From Candidatus Poribacteria bacterium (lineage in GTDB: Bacteria; Poribacteria; WGA-4E; UBA9662), in contig JAYGDX010000089.1 of assembly GCA_046582655.1 (NCBI GenBank), positions 1-64,000 on the forward strand: a stretch of 64,000 bases of DNA. Direction: 5' to 3'. Of the stretch, positions 53,737-63,854 are shown one piece after another (position 1 is the first letter of the stretch; every line of letters starts with the position of its first letter). Position numbers and translations under genes: made by a program. The notes below the pieces were generated by a model. That model worked only from the letters and a program-made list of their open reading frames with translations, had not been told where the DNA came from and made no database searches.

Positions 53737-55071
53737 GTGATAAGAAAACTTGTTCTCAGATGTTTGGTCCAACTTGAAAGAAGAAATTCACAGATTGCAC
53801 CTGTAATAGATATGGTTATTCGGCAGAATCAATTAAATAATGTAGACCGAGGACTTCTAACTGAAATTGTATATGGTGCAATTCGTTGGCGAGGGCATCT
53901 TGACTGGATAATCCGTCAGTTTGTCAAACCAGACTTTCAACTCGATTTACAGATGAGAAACATACTGCGGATCGGCGTGTATCAATTACTTTATCTTGAT
54001 AAGATTCCGGCTCACGCTGCAATTAATGAAACAGTTAAACTGGCTAATCAAAAAGGACAAAAATCGAAGAATTTTGTCAATGCTATCTTGCGATCAATTC
54101 AGCGATCAACCAACAGTTTGACTCCTCCTCGATTTAAATTAGATCCGATTTCACACATCTCTACGAAACTGTCTTATCCTGGGTGGTTAGTTAAAAAATG
54201 GATCAGGCAGTCTAATCCTGAGTGGACGCTGAAATTCTGTCATGCCAGCAACCAAGTCGCCCCTGTATCGATCCGTACCAACACATTACGAACTGACCGA
54301 AAAAAACTTGCCAAGTCACTTCAGGAGGATGGTAACCAAGTCGTAGAAAGCCAGATCTCACCCGATGGATTGCTGCTAACCAAGACTAATCCGATCCGTT
54401 CACTGAGTGATTTTCAAGCTGGATTGTTTCAGATCCAAGATGAAGCCGCCCAACTTGTTTCCCACTTGCTTGATCCGCAGGAAAAGTCACAAATTGTTGA
54501 TCTTTGTGCATCTCCAGGTGGAAAGACAACACATCTTGCACAGCTAGTTGGAAATGTTACGAATATCGTCGCAATCGACTTATCGACAAAGAAAATTAAG
54601 AGGATTCAGGAAAACTGTAAACGACTCGGTATCACAAATGTCCGCACGCAAGTAGCCAATGCCACAACAGATGAGATCAAGGCTTTGGCTACAGCAGATT
54701 CAATTTTGATTGACGCACCCTGTTCAGGCACTGGTACTTTGCGACGTCATCCAGATATTCGTTGGAAAAGAACCGCCAAACAGATAGTAGATCTTGCCAA
54801 TCTGCAACTTGAAATTCTGATTAAAACAGCAATGCAGATAAAATCTGGTGCAGTCATAATTTACAGTACATGCTCAACTGAAGTTGAAGAAAATCAGGGG
54901 GTAATTACTCGGTTTCTTGAAGTATGCCCACAATTTGCTGTTGAACCAGCACACGATTTCCTGCCATTTTTACCAGCTGATGCAATCACATCTGAGGGAC
55001 ATCTGCAAGTATTTCCACACACGCATAAAGTTGACGGGACTTTCGCTGTCAGGTTACGCAAAAATGATTAA
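53737..55071 (+). CDS. rsmB: 16S rRNA m5C967 methyltransferase
   Basis: NusB-like N-terminal domain (AAINETV, FVNAILR), QDEAAQL, DLCASPGGKT, DAPCSGTG..RRHPD, YSTCS. Confidence 0.92.
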   Translation: MIRKLVLRCLVQLERRNSQIAPVIDMVIRQNQLNNVDRGLLTEIVYGAIRWRGHLDWIIRQFVKPDFQLDLQMRNILRIGVYQLLYLDKIPAHAAINETVKLANQKGQKSKNFVNAILRSIQRSTNSLTPPRFKLDPISHISTKLSYPGWLVKKWIRQSNPEWTLKFCHASNQVAPVSIRTNTLRTDRKKLAKSLQEDGNQVVESQISPDGLLLTKTNPIRSLSDFQAGLFQIQDEAAQLVSHLLDPQEKSQIVDLCASPGGKTTHLAQLVGNVTNIVAIDLSTKKIKRIQENCKRLGITNVRTQVANATTDEIKALATADSILIDAPCSGTGTLRRHPDIRWKRTAKQIVDLANLQLEILIKTAMQIKSGAVIIYSTCSTEVEENQGVITRFLEVCPQFAVEPAHDFLPFLPADAITSEGHLQVFPHTHKVDGTFAVRLRKND

Positions 55072-56539
55072 TCCATTACTGGAAATGAAATCCATTACCA
55101 AAGAATTTCCGGGTGTCCGTGCCCTAGATCAAGTGTCATTCGCTGTTGCACACGGTGAAATCCATGCGCTCTGCGGCGAAAATGGGGCGGGAAAATCAAC
55201 ACTCATCAAAATCCTTGGTGGCGTTCATCCGTACGGTACTTATCAAGGAACATTACGAATCGAAAAAAGGGATCAACAGTTCCATTCTGTCCGTGATGCA
55301 AAAAAATCGGGCGTAGCAATCATTCATCAGGAATTGACTCTGATTCCCAAGTTGACTGTTGCGGAGAATATCTTCCTCGACAGAGAACAAACCAAACTTG
55401 GAATAATTGATCATCATCAACTATATAGCGATACAAACCGACTTCCCAAAGATTTTGCTCTTGGCATACCTATTCAAACTCCCATTGAGCATCTTGGGAT
55501 TGACCAATAGCAGATGGTTGAGATCATCAAAGTCCTGTCGCAGGATGCACGAGTTTTGGTTCTTGACGAACCGACTGCCGCTTTGACGGAGGCTGAAATC
55601 AAAGCCTTACTCCAAATCCTGAATCAACTTCGAGATAAAGGAATTACCTGTATCTATAATCACCCATAAACTGAAAGAAGTATTTGCTATTGCTCTGATA
55701 GGGTAACAGTCCTACGTGATGGACAAACTATCAGAACCCTATCAACTGGCAAAGCTAATGAAAGTCAAATTATTCAAATGATGGTTGGTCGTAAGCTGGA
55801 TTACCAAAGGCAGTCGGATGATGAATTGAAAAAAGGACAGACTGACAACACCGCAGACTTGGCCTTACAGGTGAATAACCTGAATGCCTACTACGTTGGT
55901 CGTCCCCACCAAACTTATTGTTGAAAAATATTGATTTTAGCCTTCGATACGGTGAAATCCTCGGCATTGCAGGATTGATGGGGGCAGGCAGAACAGAATT
56001 AGTCTTATCGATCTGGGGTGCGTACGATGGAAAAGTTAAAGGTCAAATTTTGATCGATGGTATACCAGTTCGGATTAATTCACCACAAGATGCAATATCA
56101 CGTTGAATAGGATTCGTCAGTGAGGATCGGAAACGATTCGGCCTGATTCTTGACGCTAATCTCGAAACTAATATGACGCTGGCAAGCCTCGATCAGATGA
56201 CGCAAATGGGTATCATTGATCGTAATCAGGCATTTCATCAAACCAGCCATTATGTCGAATCCATGCAAATTAAGTCCCCTTCGCTTGAAACTGCCGCCAA
56301 AAAATTAAGCGGTGGGAATCAACAAAAAATGGTACGGGGAAAATGGCTGATGACACAACCGAAAATTTTATTTCTTGATGAGCCTGTGGCGATTATTATA
56401 ACCTCATCAGATGTTACCTGAGACTCTGGGAGTAAGTAGCAGGATTATTGTCCTTCATGAAGGCGAAATTACTGGCCAATTTACAAACCAGGAAGTGATA
56501 CAGGAAGATATTCTCCAATGTGCTTCCGGAAGACATTGA
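55064..56539 (+). pseudogene. Sugar ABC ATP-binding protein (XylG/MglA-like), multiple stops, frameshifts and a deletion
   Basis: TKEFPGVRALD, GENGAGKSTL, HQEL; stop at 55508; [29 protein letters not shown] at 56104; LSGGNQQK; LDEP joined directly to VAII. Confidence 0.88.
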
Positions 56540-56564
56540 CAAAAGCGTATACTCTCGTTATTAT
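56536..56564 (+). promoter_or_regulatory. Sigma70 promoter for sat
   Basis: TTGACA (56536-56541), 17 bp, TATTAT (56559-56564). Confidence 0.65.
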
Positions 56565-56600
56565 AACTCAATAAAGACAAGCTATTCCTAAGGAAGTTTA

Positions 56601-57809
56601 ATGCCTCTAATTGAACCTGACGGTGGGGAATTGATTAATCTCATCGTTCCAGAAAATCAAAGATCCGAAAAAAAATCGGAAGCTGAGTCATTGCCAAAAA
56701 TGGTCATCAACGAATATCATTTGCAATGGATCCACATATTAAGTGAAGGGTGGGCAAATCCACTTACCGGATTTATGCGTGAGAATCAGTTTTTACAAAC
56801 AATCCATTTTAATACCATACGGCAACCAGATGGCACGCTCGTTAATCAATCCGTTCCGATTACGCTCGATATCTCAGATCAGGATTGCGATCGTCTGCAA
56901 AACGCCGACGCAATTACACTGGCAAAATCAAATGATGAGCCTGTGGCGATTTTACGAGATCCGGAGTTTTATACCAACCCGAAAGAAGAATACGCTGCCC
57001 GAACGATTGGATTTACGCATGTCGGCCACCCAACGGTCGAACGAATTATGAAAATGAGTACGCAGTTGGTTGGTGGGGATCTCGAGGTCCTCAGACCAAT
57101 CGTCTATAACGATGGGCTTGATCACTATCGTCTGTCACCCGCTGAATTACGTGCAGAATTCGAAAAGCGTGGTGCAGACGCGGTTTATGCTTTTCAACTC
57201 CGAAATCCGGTTCATAATGGCCATGCTTTACTAATGAACGAAACAAAAGAGCAACTAAAAACACAAGGATACAAAAACCCTGTGCTTCTGTTGCATCCGC
57301 TTGGAGGATGGACGAAAGAAGACGATGTTCCTCTAGATGTCAGGATGCGTCAACATGGTGCAGTACTTGAAGATGGGATATTGGATCCGATCTCAACAGT
57401 TGTTTCCATTTTTCCCAGCCCCATGCTTTACGGTGGGCCGACAGAAGTTCAGTGGCACGCCAAAGCCCGAATCAATGCCGGGGTGAGTCACTACATCGTT
57501 GGGCGTGATCCCGCGGGGATAACGCATCCGGAGACGGGTGAACCTGTCTACGACCCGTTTCACGGCATGAAAGTCCTGCAGATGGCTATCGGTCTGGAAA
57601 AACTGGAAATCATCGAGTTCAAATTTGCCGCTTATGACAAGGTTTCCGGCAAGATGGGATTCTTTGACCCTAGCCGAGCTGACGATTTTCTGATGATTTC
57701 TGGTTCACAAATGCGGGAATACGCACGAAACAAAGAGACACCTCCAGATGGATTCATGGGTAAAAAGGCTTGGCAGGTTATTGCAGAATACTATGCCTCA
57801 ATCAATTAG
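56601..57809 (+). CDS. sat: Sulfate adenylyltransferase (ATP sulfurylase), plant/PAPSS-type
   Basis: AFQLRNPVHNGH, LLLHPLGG.TK.DDVPL, FPSPM.Y.GPTEVQWHAKARINAG, YIVGRDPAG, ISG. Confidence 0.93.
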   Translation: MPLIEPDGGELINLIVPENQRSEKKSEAESLPKMVINEYHLQWIHILSEGWANPLTGFMRENQFLQTIHFNTIRQPDGTLVNQSVPITLDISDQDCDRLQNADAITLAKSNDEPVAILRDPEFYTNPKEEYAARTIGFTHVGHPTVERIMKMSTQLVGGDLEVLRPIVYNDGLDHYRLSPAELRAEFEKRGADAVYAFQLRNPVHNGHALLMNETKEQLKTQGYKNPVLLLHPLGGWTKEDDVPLDVRMRQHGAVLEDGILDPISTVVSIFPSPMLYGGPTEVQWHAKARINAGVSHYIVGRDPAGITHPETGEPVYDPFHGMKVLQMAIGLEKLEIIEFKFAAYDKVSGKMGFFDPSRADDFLMISGSQMREYARNKETPPDGFMGKKAWQVIAEYYASIN

Positions 57810-57894
57810 TATTCCAGCTACCAAACCCTTAAATGCAATTATTAGGTTGGTATTTCGACCACCTGTACTATCTCAGAAATAAGGGGAAGATTAG

Positions 57895-58785
57895 ATGTCA
57901 ATCAAGCTGAAAAGCAGTTATACTAACATTAAAAACTGGTTTCGCGGAAATTTGCACACACACACTACAGAAAGTGACGGTTCACGTCCTCCAGAGATAG
58001 TCATCGCCGATTACGAATCTCGAGGCTATGATTTCCTTTGCATCTCCGATCACGATATTCTGGTAGATCCAAGTCAATATCAGCAAGATACCTCCATGAC
58101 ACTAATCCCCGCAGTAGAGGTGTCAGCACATGGACCGCACATTCAGCAAGTCAATGCCAATAATCGTGTTGCTCCTGATTCAGATCGGCAAGTTGTGGTG
58201 AGAGAGATCATTGCAGACCAGTCAATCTGCATTTTGAATCATCCTAATTGGGGAAGACAATACAACCATTTCCCACATGATTTAATGGAATCATTAGATG
58301 GATATCACGGTATCGAAATCTATAATGGTGTCATCCAACGATTGCACGGGTCAGCGCTAGCCGCGGATCGATGGGATCGTCTACTTTCTGATGGACATCG
58401 GCTTTGGGGGTATGGCAATGATGACTCCCACCAACCGGGAGATGTCGAAATCGCATGGAACATTGTACAAGCTAAAGATTGTACAGTTGACCAAATTGAT
58501 GCTGGGTTGCGTAACGGCAGTTTTTACGCCTCAACTGGTGTTACTATCAGTTCAATAGAAACTAGTGGTACAACGATCCATGTCAAAACCAAAGACGCTC
58601 AGAGAGTTTGCTTCGTCAGTAAACTAGGAGTAATTCAGTCAATCGTTGATGAGGCTGAAGTCAGCTACACTTTGCCAGAAGACCCAAACCAAGCACTTAG
58701 CTTGAGCTATATCCGTGCGGAATGCTATGGATCAGGAGGAAGTGTGGCTTGGACCCAACCAATCTTCATCGAGGAAAATGCATAA
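57895..58785 (+). CDS. PHP-domain metallohydrolase (CehA/McbA-like)
   Basis: GNLHTHT..SDG, YDFL.ISDHD, NHP, GIEIYN, WDRLL, DDSH, AWTQP. Confidence 0.85.
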   Translation: MSIKLKSSYTNIKNWFRGNLHTHTTESDGSRPPEIVIADYESRGYDFLCISDHDILVDPSQYQQDTSMTLIPAVEVSAHGPHIQQVNANNRVAPDSDRQVVVREIIADQSICILNHPNWGRQYNHFPHDLMESLDGYHGIEIYNGVIQRLHGSALAADRWDRLLSDGHRLWGYGNDDSHQPGDVEIAWNIVQAKDCTVDQIDAGLRNGSFYASTGVTISSIETSGTTIHVKTKDAQRVCFVSKLGVIQSIVDEAEVSYTLPEDPNQALSLSYIRAECYGSGGSVAWTQPIFIEENA

Positions 58786-58823
58786 ATCTATACAACGCAT
58801 CGCGGATTGTTGTATTGGACGAT

Positions 58824-58871
58824 TTGACACTGTAGTATTAAAATGACATAATACTAAAGTTTTAGTATTAT
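58824..58871 (+). promoter_or_regulatory. Sigma70 promoter overlapped by a palindromic operator
   Basis: TTGACA (58824-58829), 17 bp, CATAAT (58847-58852); inverted repeat ATAATACTAAA-GT-TTTAGTATTAT (58848-58871). Confidence 0.7.
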
Positions 58872-59040
58872 AATCTTAGTTCAGATTTCCAAGTTTAATT
58901 CTGTAAAGATTAATTGACTTGCTATCGATAGAGAACAGCCCTCAATCTTCACATTTTGAGCACATACAATTTCCCTGATTCATAACCGAGGAATCCGATA
59001 AAAGAAACCTCGTCTTTACCAATCTAAGGAAACTGGAGAA

Positions 59041-60228
59041 ATGACAGGAAGATCTCGATTTAGGTTTGCCATCCTATTTTTTATTTCTATTGTTCTAACT
59101 TCGTATTATGATGCTGAGGCCTTTATCCAGAAGGAATATTCACTTCAGGAGGTATTGAGCGAATGTTCCAATGTCCTTTTTGGCACAGTCACTGAAGTCG
59201 ACCAAAAGCGGATGATGGCAAAGGTGAAACCGGAGGAAAACTTAAAGGGAGAAACCAAGTTTAGCCAGATTAAAATTAACATCGGTGTTGGACAAGGGAA
59301 CTTCCCTCAACAACTAATTCGGAAGTTTAAGGTTGGAGAACCGATTATCATCTTTTATAAAGACGAAGGTGGCCGGATCGCAAGTGTTGGTCATATTGGT
59401 GGAATTTGGTTTCAGATCTTTGCGCCTAAGCGTTCTGACAGAAATAAGATCTGGTGGAATTTTACGCACATTGAAATTTATATGCACCGTACTTACAAAG
59501 GTTCAACAGTTGATTTCCAAAGTCATCTGCGCCAAGTTTTTGCCGGGAAAATTAAACCCAAAGGGAAAAAAGGATCTCAATCTTATAATCTAGCGGACGC
59601 TCCAACAGGAGCCATACGTGTTATGGTACTCAATGGTGCTCGTTACGATGTTGAGTTCTCAACCTTAACTGATTTTGATCAAGCCAACAATCACAAAGTT
59701 GTTTACCAGCAGACGGAAGACCGTGATCTACCCGGTATCGAAAAAGCAGACATCTTGTGGATTGGTCAAGGAGTGATTAGTAACGACAAGTACTTTTTAA
59801 CCTCCAAGCAAGAGAAGAAGATTAAAGCTTTTGTCAAAAGTGGCGGTGTGGCAATCGTGTCTAGCCAAGACAGCGATGATGAACGTCCATGCGAGGTTGG
59901 TTGGATATCTGAGCCAATAAAAGGAATTGAAAGTATGGGGCGAAGTGACTTCAAAGCGACCGAACACGCTGGATCTCTTTTCGATACTCCTAACCGGATA
60001 AGATCAGGGGAGGTTTTTTTGGACGATACTTGGTCAGACTGGAGCAGTAAATATATCATGTTGGCAACGACAAATTCAGGCAAAAATGTTGCTGTGGCTA
60101 TGCTCAAACATGGACGTGGAATATATCTATTAACTGGTTTTCAAAATGAAACAACTGCAAATGTATTTGTTAATCGATTAATGATTGAGAATCTTATACA
60201 CTTTGCCGCTAATTGGCTTAAGGGATGA
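59041..60228 (+). CDS. Exported hypothetical protein (two domains; C-terminal one possibly class I GATase-like fold)
   Basis: GGAG RBS; signal peptide ending AEA; C-terminal ADILWIG...IKAFVKSGG..IV and GRG..LL patterns. Confidence 0.65.
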   Translation: MTGRSRFRFAILFFISIVLTSYYDAEAFIQKEYSLQEVLSECSNVLFGTVTEVDQKRMMAKVKPEENLKGETKFSQIKINIGVGQGNFPQQLIRKFKVGEPIIIFYKDEGGRIASVGHIGGIWFQIFAPKRSDRNKIWWNFTHIEIYMHRTYKGSTVDFQSHLRQVFAGKIKPKGKKGSQSYNLADAPTGAIRVMVLNGARYDVEFSTLTDFDQANNHKVVYQQTEDRDLPGIEKADILWIGQGVISNDKYFLTSKQEKKIKAFVKSGGVAIVSSQDSDDERPCEVGWISEPIKGIESMGRSDFKATEHAGSLFDTPNRIRSGEVFLDDTWSDWSSKYIMLATTNSGKNVAVAMLKHGRGIYLLTGFQNETTANVFVNRLMIENLIHFAANWLKG

Positions 60229-61727
60229 ACCTAACGGGAAAAACTCTGATGAAAAAGGTTTTGATGTTTACAGCGCTTAGTATTATGCTTGTCAGCCTAG
60301 CGGTACCTGCACAGGCAGTTATTCCCGCATTGGTCGGCCCGTTAGCAGCACTAATTAGTGTCTTGCCACAGATCCTTGCTTTTGTCGGCATAGGCATGCT
60401 AGCGATATTAAAACCCGGAACCTACCGCGCATTACTCACTATTGCTTGGCAGCATAAAATCATCACAACAATTATACTCTTAAGTGTCACAATCAGTAGT
60501 GGATTCTTTATTTATCAGGCTGTATCGCCAAATGTAAATATAATAGCAACTACATCGAAAGATCTACAATTGAGTAGTATCAGCCAATCATGGGCAACCT
60601 TCCGTGGTGGAATCCACCGCACGGGGCACCAGGCTAATCATCTCGGTCCGACTGACGCAAATTTACTATGGGCATTTATAGATCGCGAAGCGGCGGTAAT
60701 GGATTTTTCATCCTCTCCAGCGGTCGTTGGTAACCGCTTATATATTGGTGCTGGCCGTGGTTCGCTCTTTCGCACAGATGGGTTGGTCTATTGCCTTGAT
60801 GTGAAGACGGGTAATGTGATTTGGAAATCGAAGTCCCCCCAACAAATTTTCTCATCGCCGGCAATTGTAGGAGGGCGGGTTTACATTGGAGAAGGATTGC
60901 ATTACGACGTTGACTCCAGCCTGCGTTGTTTGGATGCAAACACGGGGCAGGAAATTTGGAATTTTCAAACGGCAAGTCATGTTGAATCCAGCCCATGTAT
61001 CGATCGAGGTCGCGTGTATTTTGGGGCTGGAGACGATGGTGTCTACTGCCTTGACGCACTAGAAGGCAAAGAAATATGGCACTATACCAATCTGCATGTC
61101 GACATTTCGCCAATTGTAGTGGATGGAAAACTCTATTTTGGTACCGGCTACGGTCAACCAAAAATCTACGCTGTTTCCGCTGAAAATGGTTCCGATATCT
61201 GGGTAAAATCAGTTGATCTACCCGTCTGGGGAAGTCCAACGATTAGTGGAGAATTAATCTATTTTGGTCTTGGTAACGGCAATTTTGTTGACAGTCACCA
61301 AGTCCCCACCGGAGGAGTAGTTGCACTCAATCTCAAAACGGGGGAAGAGGTTTGGTCGTTCCAAACAGAAGATGCTGTTTTAACGGCGATATCCTTTCTG
61401 AAGGATTACGTCTATTTTGGGTGTCGGGACGGATACGTTTACGCGCTTGATGCAAAGACTGGCGACATCTTTTGGAAGTCTTCTATCGATACACCCATTG
61501 TTTCTTCACCGGCAGTTACAAAGGATTCAATCTATTTTGGAGGGACGAATGGTGTAATTTATTGCCTTGAAGCAGAAACCGGTGACATGAATTGGTGGTA
61601 TAATACCGATGATATTTCAAGCGAAATCAAAATCTACTCATCACCAGCCGTGGCAAATGGGAAATTGTATATAGGATCATCAAACCGATATCTTTTCTGC
61701 TTAGGTGACACTACTCCAACCAATTAG
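60225..61727 (+). CDS. Membrane-anchored PQQ-like (BamB-like) beta-propeller protein
   Basis: N-terminal TM segments; W.TFRGG..RTG; eight repeats of SSP.V...VY.G..DG.VY.LDA.TG...W. Confidence 0.85.
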   Translation: MNLTGKTLMKKVLMFTALSIMLVSLAVPAQAVIPALVGPLAALISVLPQILAFVGIGMLAILKPGTYRALLTIAWQHKIITTIILLSVTISSGFFIYQAVSPNVNIIATTSKDLQLSSISQSWATFRGGIHRTGHQANHLGPTDANLLWAFIDREAAVMDFSSSPAVVGNRLYIGAGRGSLFRTDGLVYCLDVKTGNVIWKSKSPQQIFSSPAIVGGRVYIGEGLHYDVDSSLRCLDANTGQEIWNFQTASHVESSPCIDRGRVYFGAGDDGVYCLDALEGKEIWHYTNLHVDISPIVVDGKLYFGTGYGQPKIYAVSAENGSDIWVKSVDLPVWGSPTISGELIYFGLGNGNFVDSHQVPTGGVVALNLKTGEEVWSFQTEDAVLTAISFLKDYVYFGCRDGYVYALDAKTGDIFWKSSIDTPIVSSPAVTKDSIYFGGTNGVIYCLEAETGDMNWWYNTDDISSEIKIYSSPAVANGKLYIGSSNRYLFCLGDTTPTN

Positions 61728-61984
61728 GTTAAGAATTACCTATGTATCATCTTCTTTATTTCAGAATAACGAGAATTTGATTGCACTGGGTTCCTGTACC
61801 AACCCCTTTTTTCGCCAAGGATCCGAAGCGAAAAAAGCCTTCAACTCCAAAAAGAAGGCTTTTTCAGATTTCCTGCTTTTTAGAAGAGTAGGCATAAACT
61901 GTAAGCAGAAATCCAAATTCGTAGATGAAATCCTGATTGTATAGGAAGAAACAATTTAGGACCGCTTTACAGAATACGATAATT

Positions 61985-62866
61985 ATGTCATTAGAAACAG
62001 TCGCAATTCTAAGTCCAGGAGACATGGGACACATGGTGGGACGTGTCCTTGCCGAACATGGATTACGTGTTATTACCTGTTTAACGGGAAGAAGCCAGCG
62101 GACAAGAGTACTGGCCGAAGATGCTGGAATATTGGATGTATCAACGCTTCAAACTTTGGTTAGTGAAGCCGACATCATTTTATCCATTCTAGTACCTGCG
62201 CAAGCAACAAGCATAGCAGAAATGGTATCAGAAGCTATAATAGAGACACAAGCAAAAGTACTATATGTTGACTGCAATGCCATATCACCCAAAACGACTC
62301 GTAGGATATCGGAAACTATCACAAATGCCGGTGGAAATTACCTTGATGGTTCTATTATTGGTCCACCCCCCAGATCTAAGGGGTTAACACGTTTCTACGT
62401 TTCTGGTCCAGAGGTAGATCTATTTAGCAAACTCAACCAATTCGGGTTGGATATTTGTCCCTTGGGCGATAAGATTGGGAAAGCTTCAGCAATAAAAATG
62501 TGTTATGCCGCTTTGACGAAGGGATTGTCCGCACTTTGTATTGAGTTGTTGACTGCATCAAAACTCTTGGAAGTATCGGAACCATTAGCGAGTGAGTTTC
62601 AATTAAGCCAACCCTCCTTATACGAGCGAATGGAGCGGACCATACCCGGATTGCCATCAAAATCCAGACGTTGGGTTGGTGAGATGAAAGAGATATCGGC
62701 AACTTTCGCCGAGGTTGGACTCACGCCGAAGATCCTGGACGGCGCGGCGGATATGTTTCAATTTGTCGGTGACACTCGGTTAGCGAATCTGCACCCCGAA
62801 GATCAGAATTCGTTTTCTGTTATGAAAGAGGTAATTGCTATTCTCTCCGAGCATCTTGAAACTTAA
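61985..62866 (+). CDS. NAD(P)-dependent oxidoreductase, 6PGD/3-hydroxyisobutyrate dehydrogenase-like (DUF1932)
   Basis: ILSPGDMG, YVDCNAISP, DGSIIGPPP, ASAIKMCYAALTKG, RWVGEM.EI. Confidence 0.85.
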   Translation: MSLETVAILSPGDMGHMVGRVLAEHGLRVITCLTGRSQRTRVLAEDAGILDVSTLQTLVSEADIILSILVPAQATSIAEMVSEAIIETQAKVLYVDCNAISPKTTRRISETITNAGGNYLDGSIIGPPPRSKGLTRFYVSGPEVDLFSKLNQFGLDICPLGDKIGKASAIKMCYAALTKGLSALCIELLTASKLLEVSEPLASEFQLSQPSLYERMERTIPGLPSKSRRWVGEMKEISATFAEVGLTPKILDGAADMFQFVGDTRLANLHPEDQNSFSVMKEVIAILSEHLET

Positions 62867-62968
62867 ATAGCCAAAGTGCAGACTCAAGTTGCCTCTTCGC
62901 ATTTTTCAGCAACCCATTCGACTAACAAATTTGCGGAGATAAGTAACTGCCAAGATCCAAGTTAGGCT

Positions 62969-63854
62969 TCATTCAAAAACCATTGTGCGATTACCATGTA
63001 CTAGAACCTCCCGTTTAAGATGGTACCATATCGCTCGTGCCAGAACGACCTTTTCTAAGTCACGTCCCTTTCTAATCAAATCCGTCACCGTATCTTTATG
63101 ACTGATATTGACAATATCTTGTTCAACAATTGGTCCAGCATCTAGGTCAGAAGTCACATAATGGCTAGTAGCACCAATGATCTTAACACTGCGTTCGTAA
63201 GCAGAATGATACAGCTGAGCACCAGGAAAGGTGGGAAGAAAAGAATGGTGAATATTGATAATTTGATTAGGATAGTGTTCAACAAACTCACTAGTCATTA
63301 TTTGCATGTAGCGAGCAAGGACAATAGATTCGATACCATATTCTTTCAAAAGTGCCAACTACTTCTGTTCCTGAGAACGTTTGTTGGTTTGCGTGATAGA
63401 AAAGACATAGTAATCAATACCAAATCCCCTCGCCACTGACTCTAAATCCGAGTGATTGCTAATAATCAAAGGTATTTCAACATCCCATTCCTTGGCTTGG
63501 TATCGGGATAAGATATCATACAAGCAGTGTGATAGCTTTGAGACAAAGACAGCAATGCGAGGTATTTCATCGGAAAAATACAGTTTCCACTGCATTCCAA
63601 ATTTCTCCGCAATTTCGACTTGAAAACAAACTCCAAGTTCTTCTACAGGGAGATTAGTGTTTTCCAAATCCCATTCAGCTCGCATGAAAAATATTTGCTT
63701 TTGAGAATCAACGTGCTGATCAAGGCGAATGATATTACCATTACTTTATATAAATGAATTCAGTTATCGATGCGATTAACCCCTTTCTGTCGGTGCAATG
63801 TACCAGCAAAATTGCAGAACGAATCCGATTTTGTGTTTTACTCTTGTGGTTCAT
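62969..63854 (-). pseudogene. purU: Formyltetrahydrofolate deformylase, disrupted
   Basis: LL.HC.D.KGLIA, DQH.D....FFMR, VSKLSHCLYD.L.R, ISNH, VLARYMQI, INIHHSFLP, IIGATSHYV..DLDAGPI.EQD; one-base frameshift near 63750 and in-frame TAG at 63359-63361. Confidence 0.88.

Noticed and set aside
56104..56106. In-frame TGA in the sugar ABC ATPase as possible selenocysteine
   Set aside because: Aligns with a Gly position, not Cys, and the gene has several other lesions.
60676..61239. Long antisense ORFs (e.g. 187 aa here, 159 aa opposite dnaJ, 145-aa alternate frame in the TolB-like gene)
   Set aside because: Shadow frames of well-supported genes with no protein-like motifs.
63359..63361. In-frame TAG in purU (also in the NUDIX gene at 16076) as possible pyrrolysine or recoding
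   Set aside because: Both genes also carry frameshifts, and TAG terminates intact genes elsewhere in the window.
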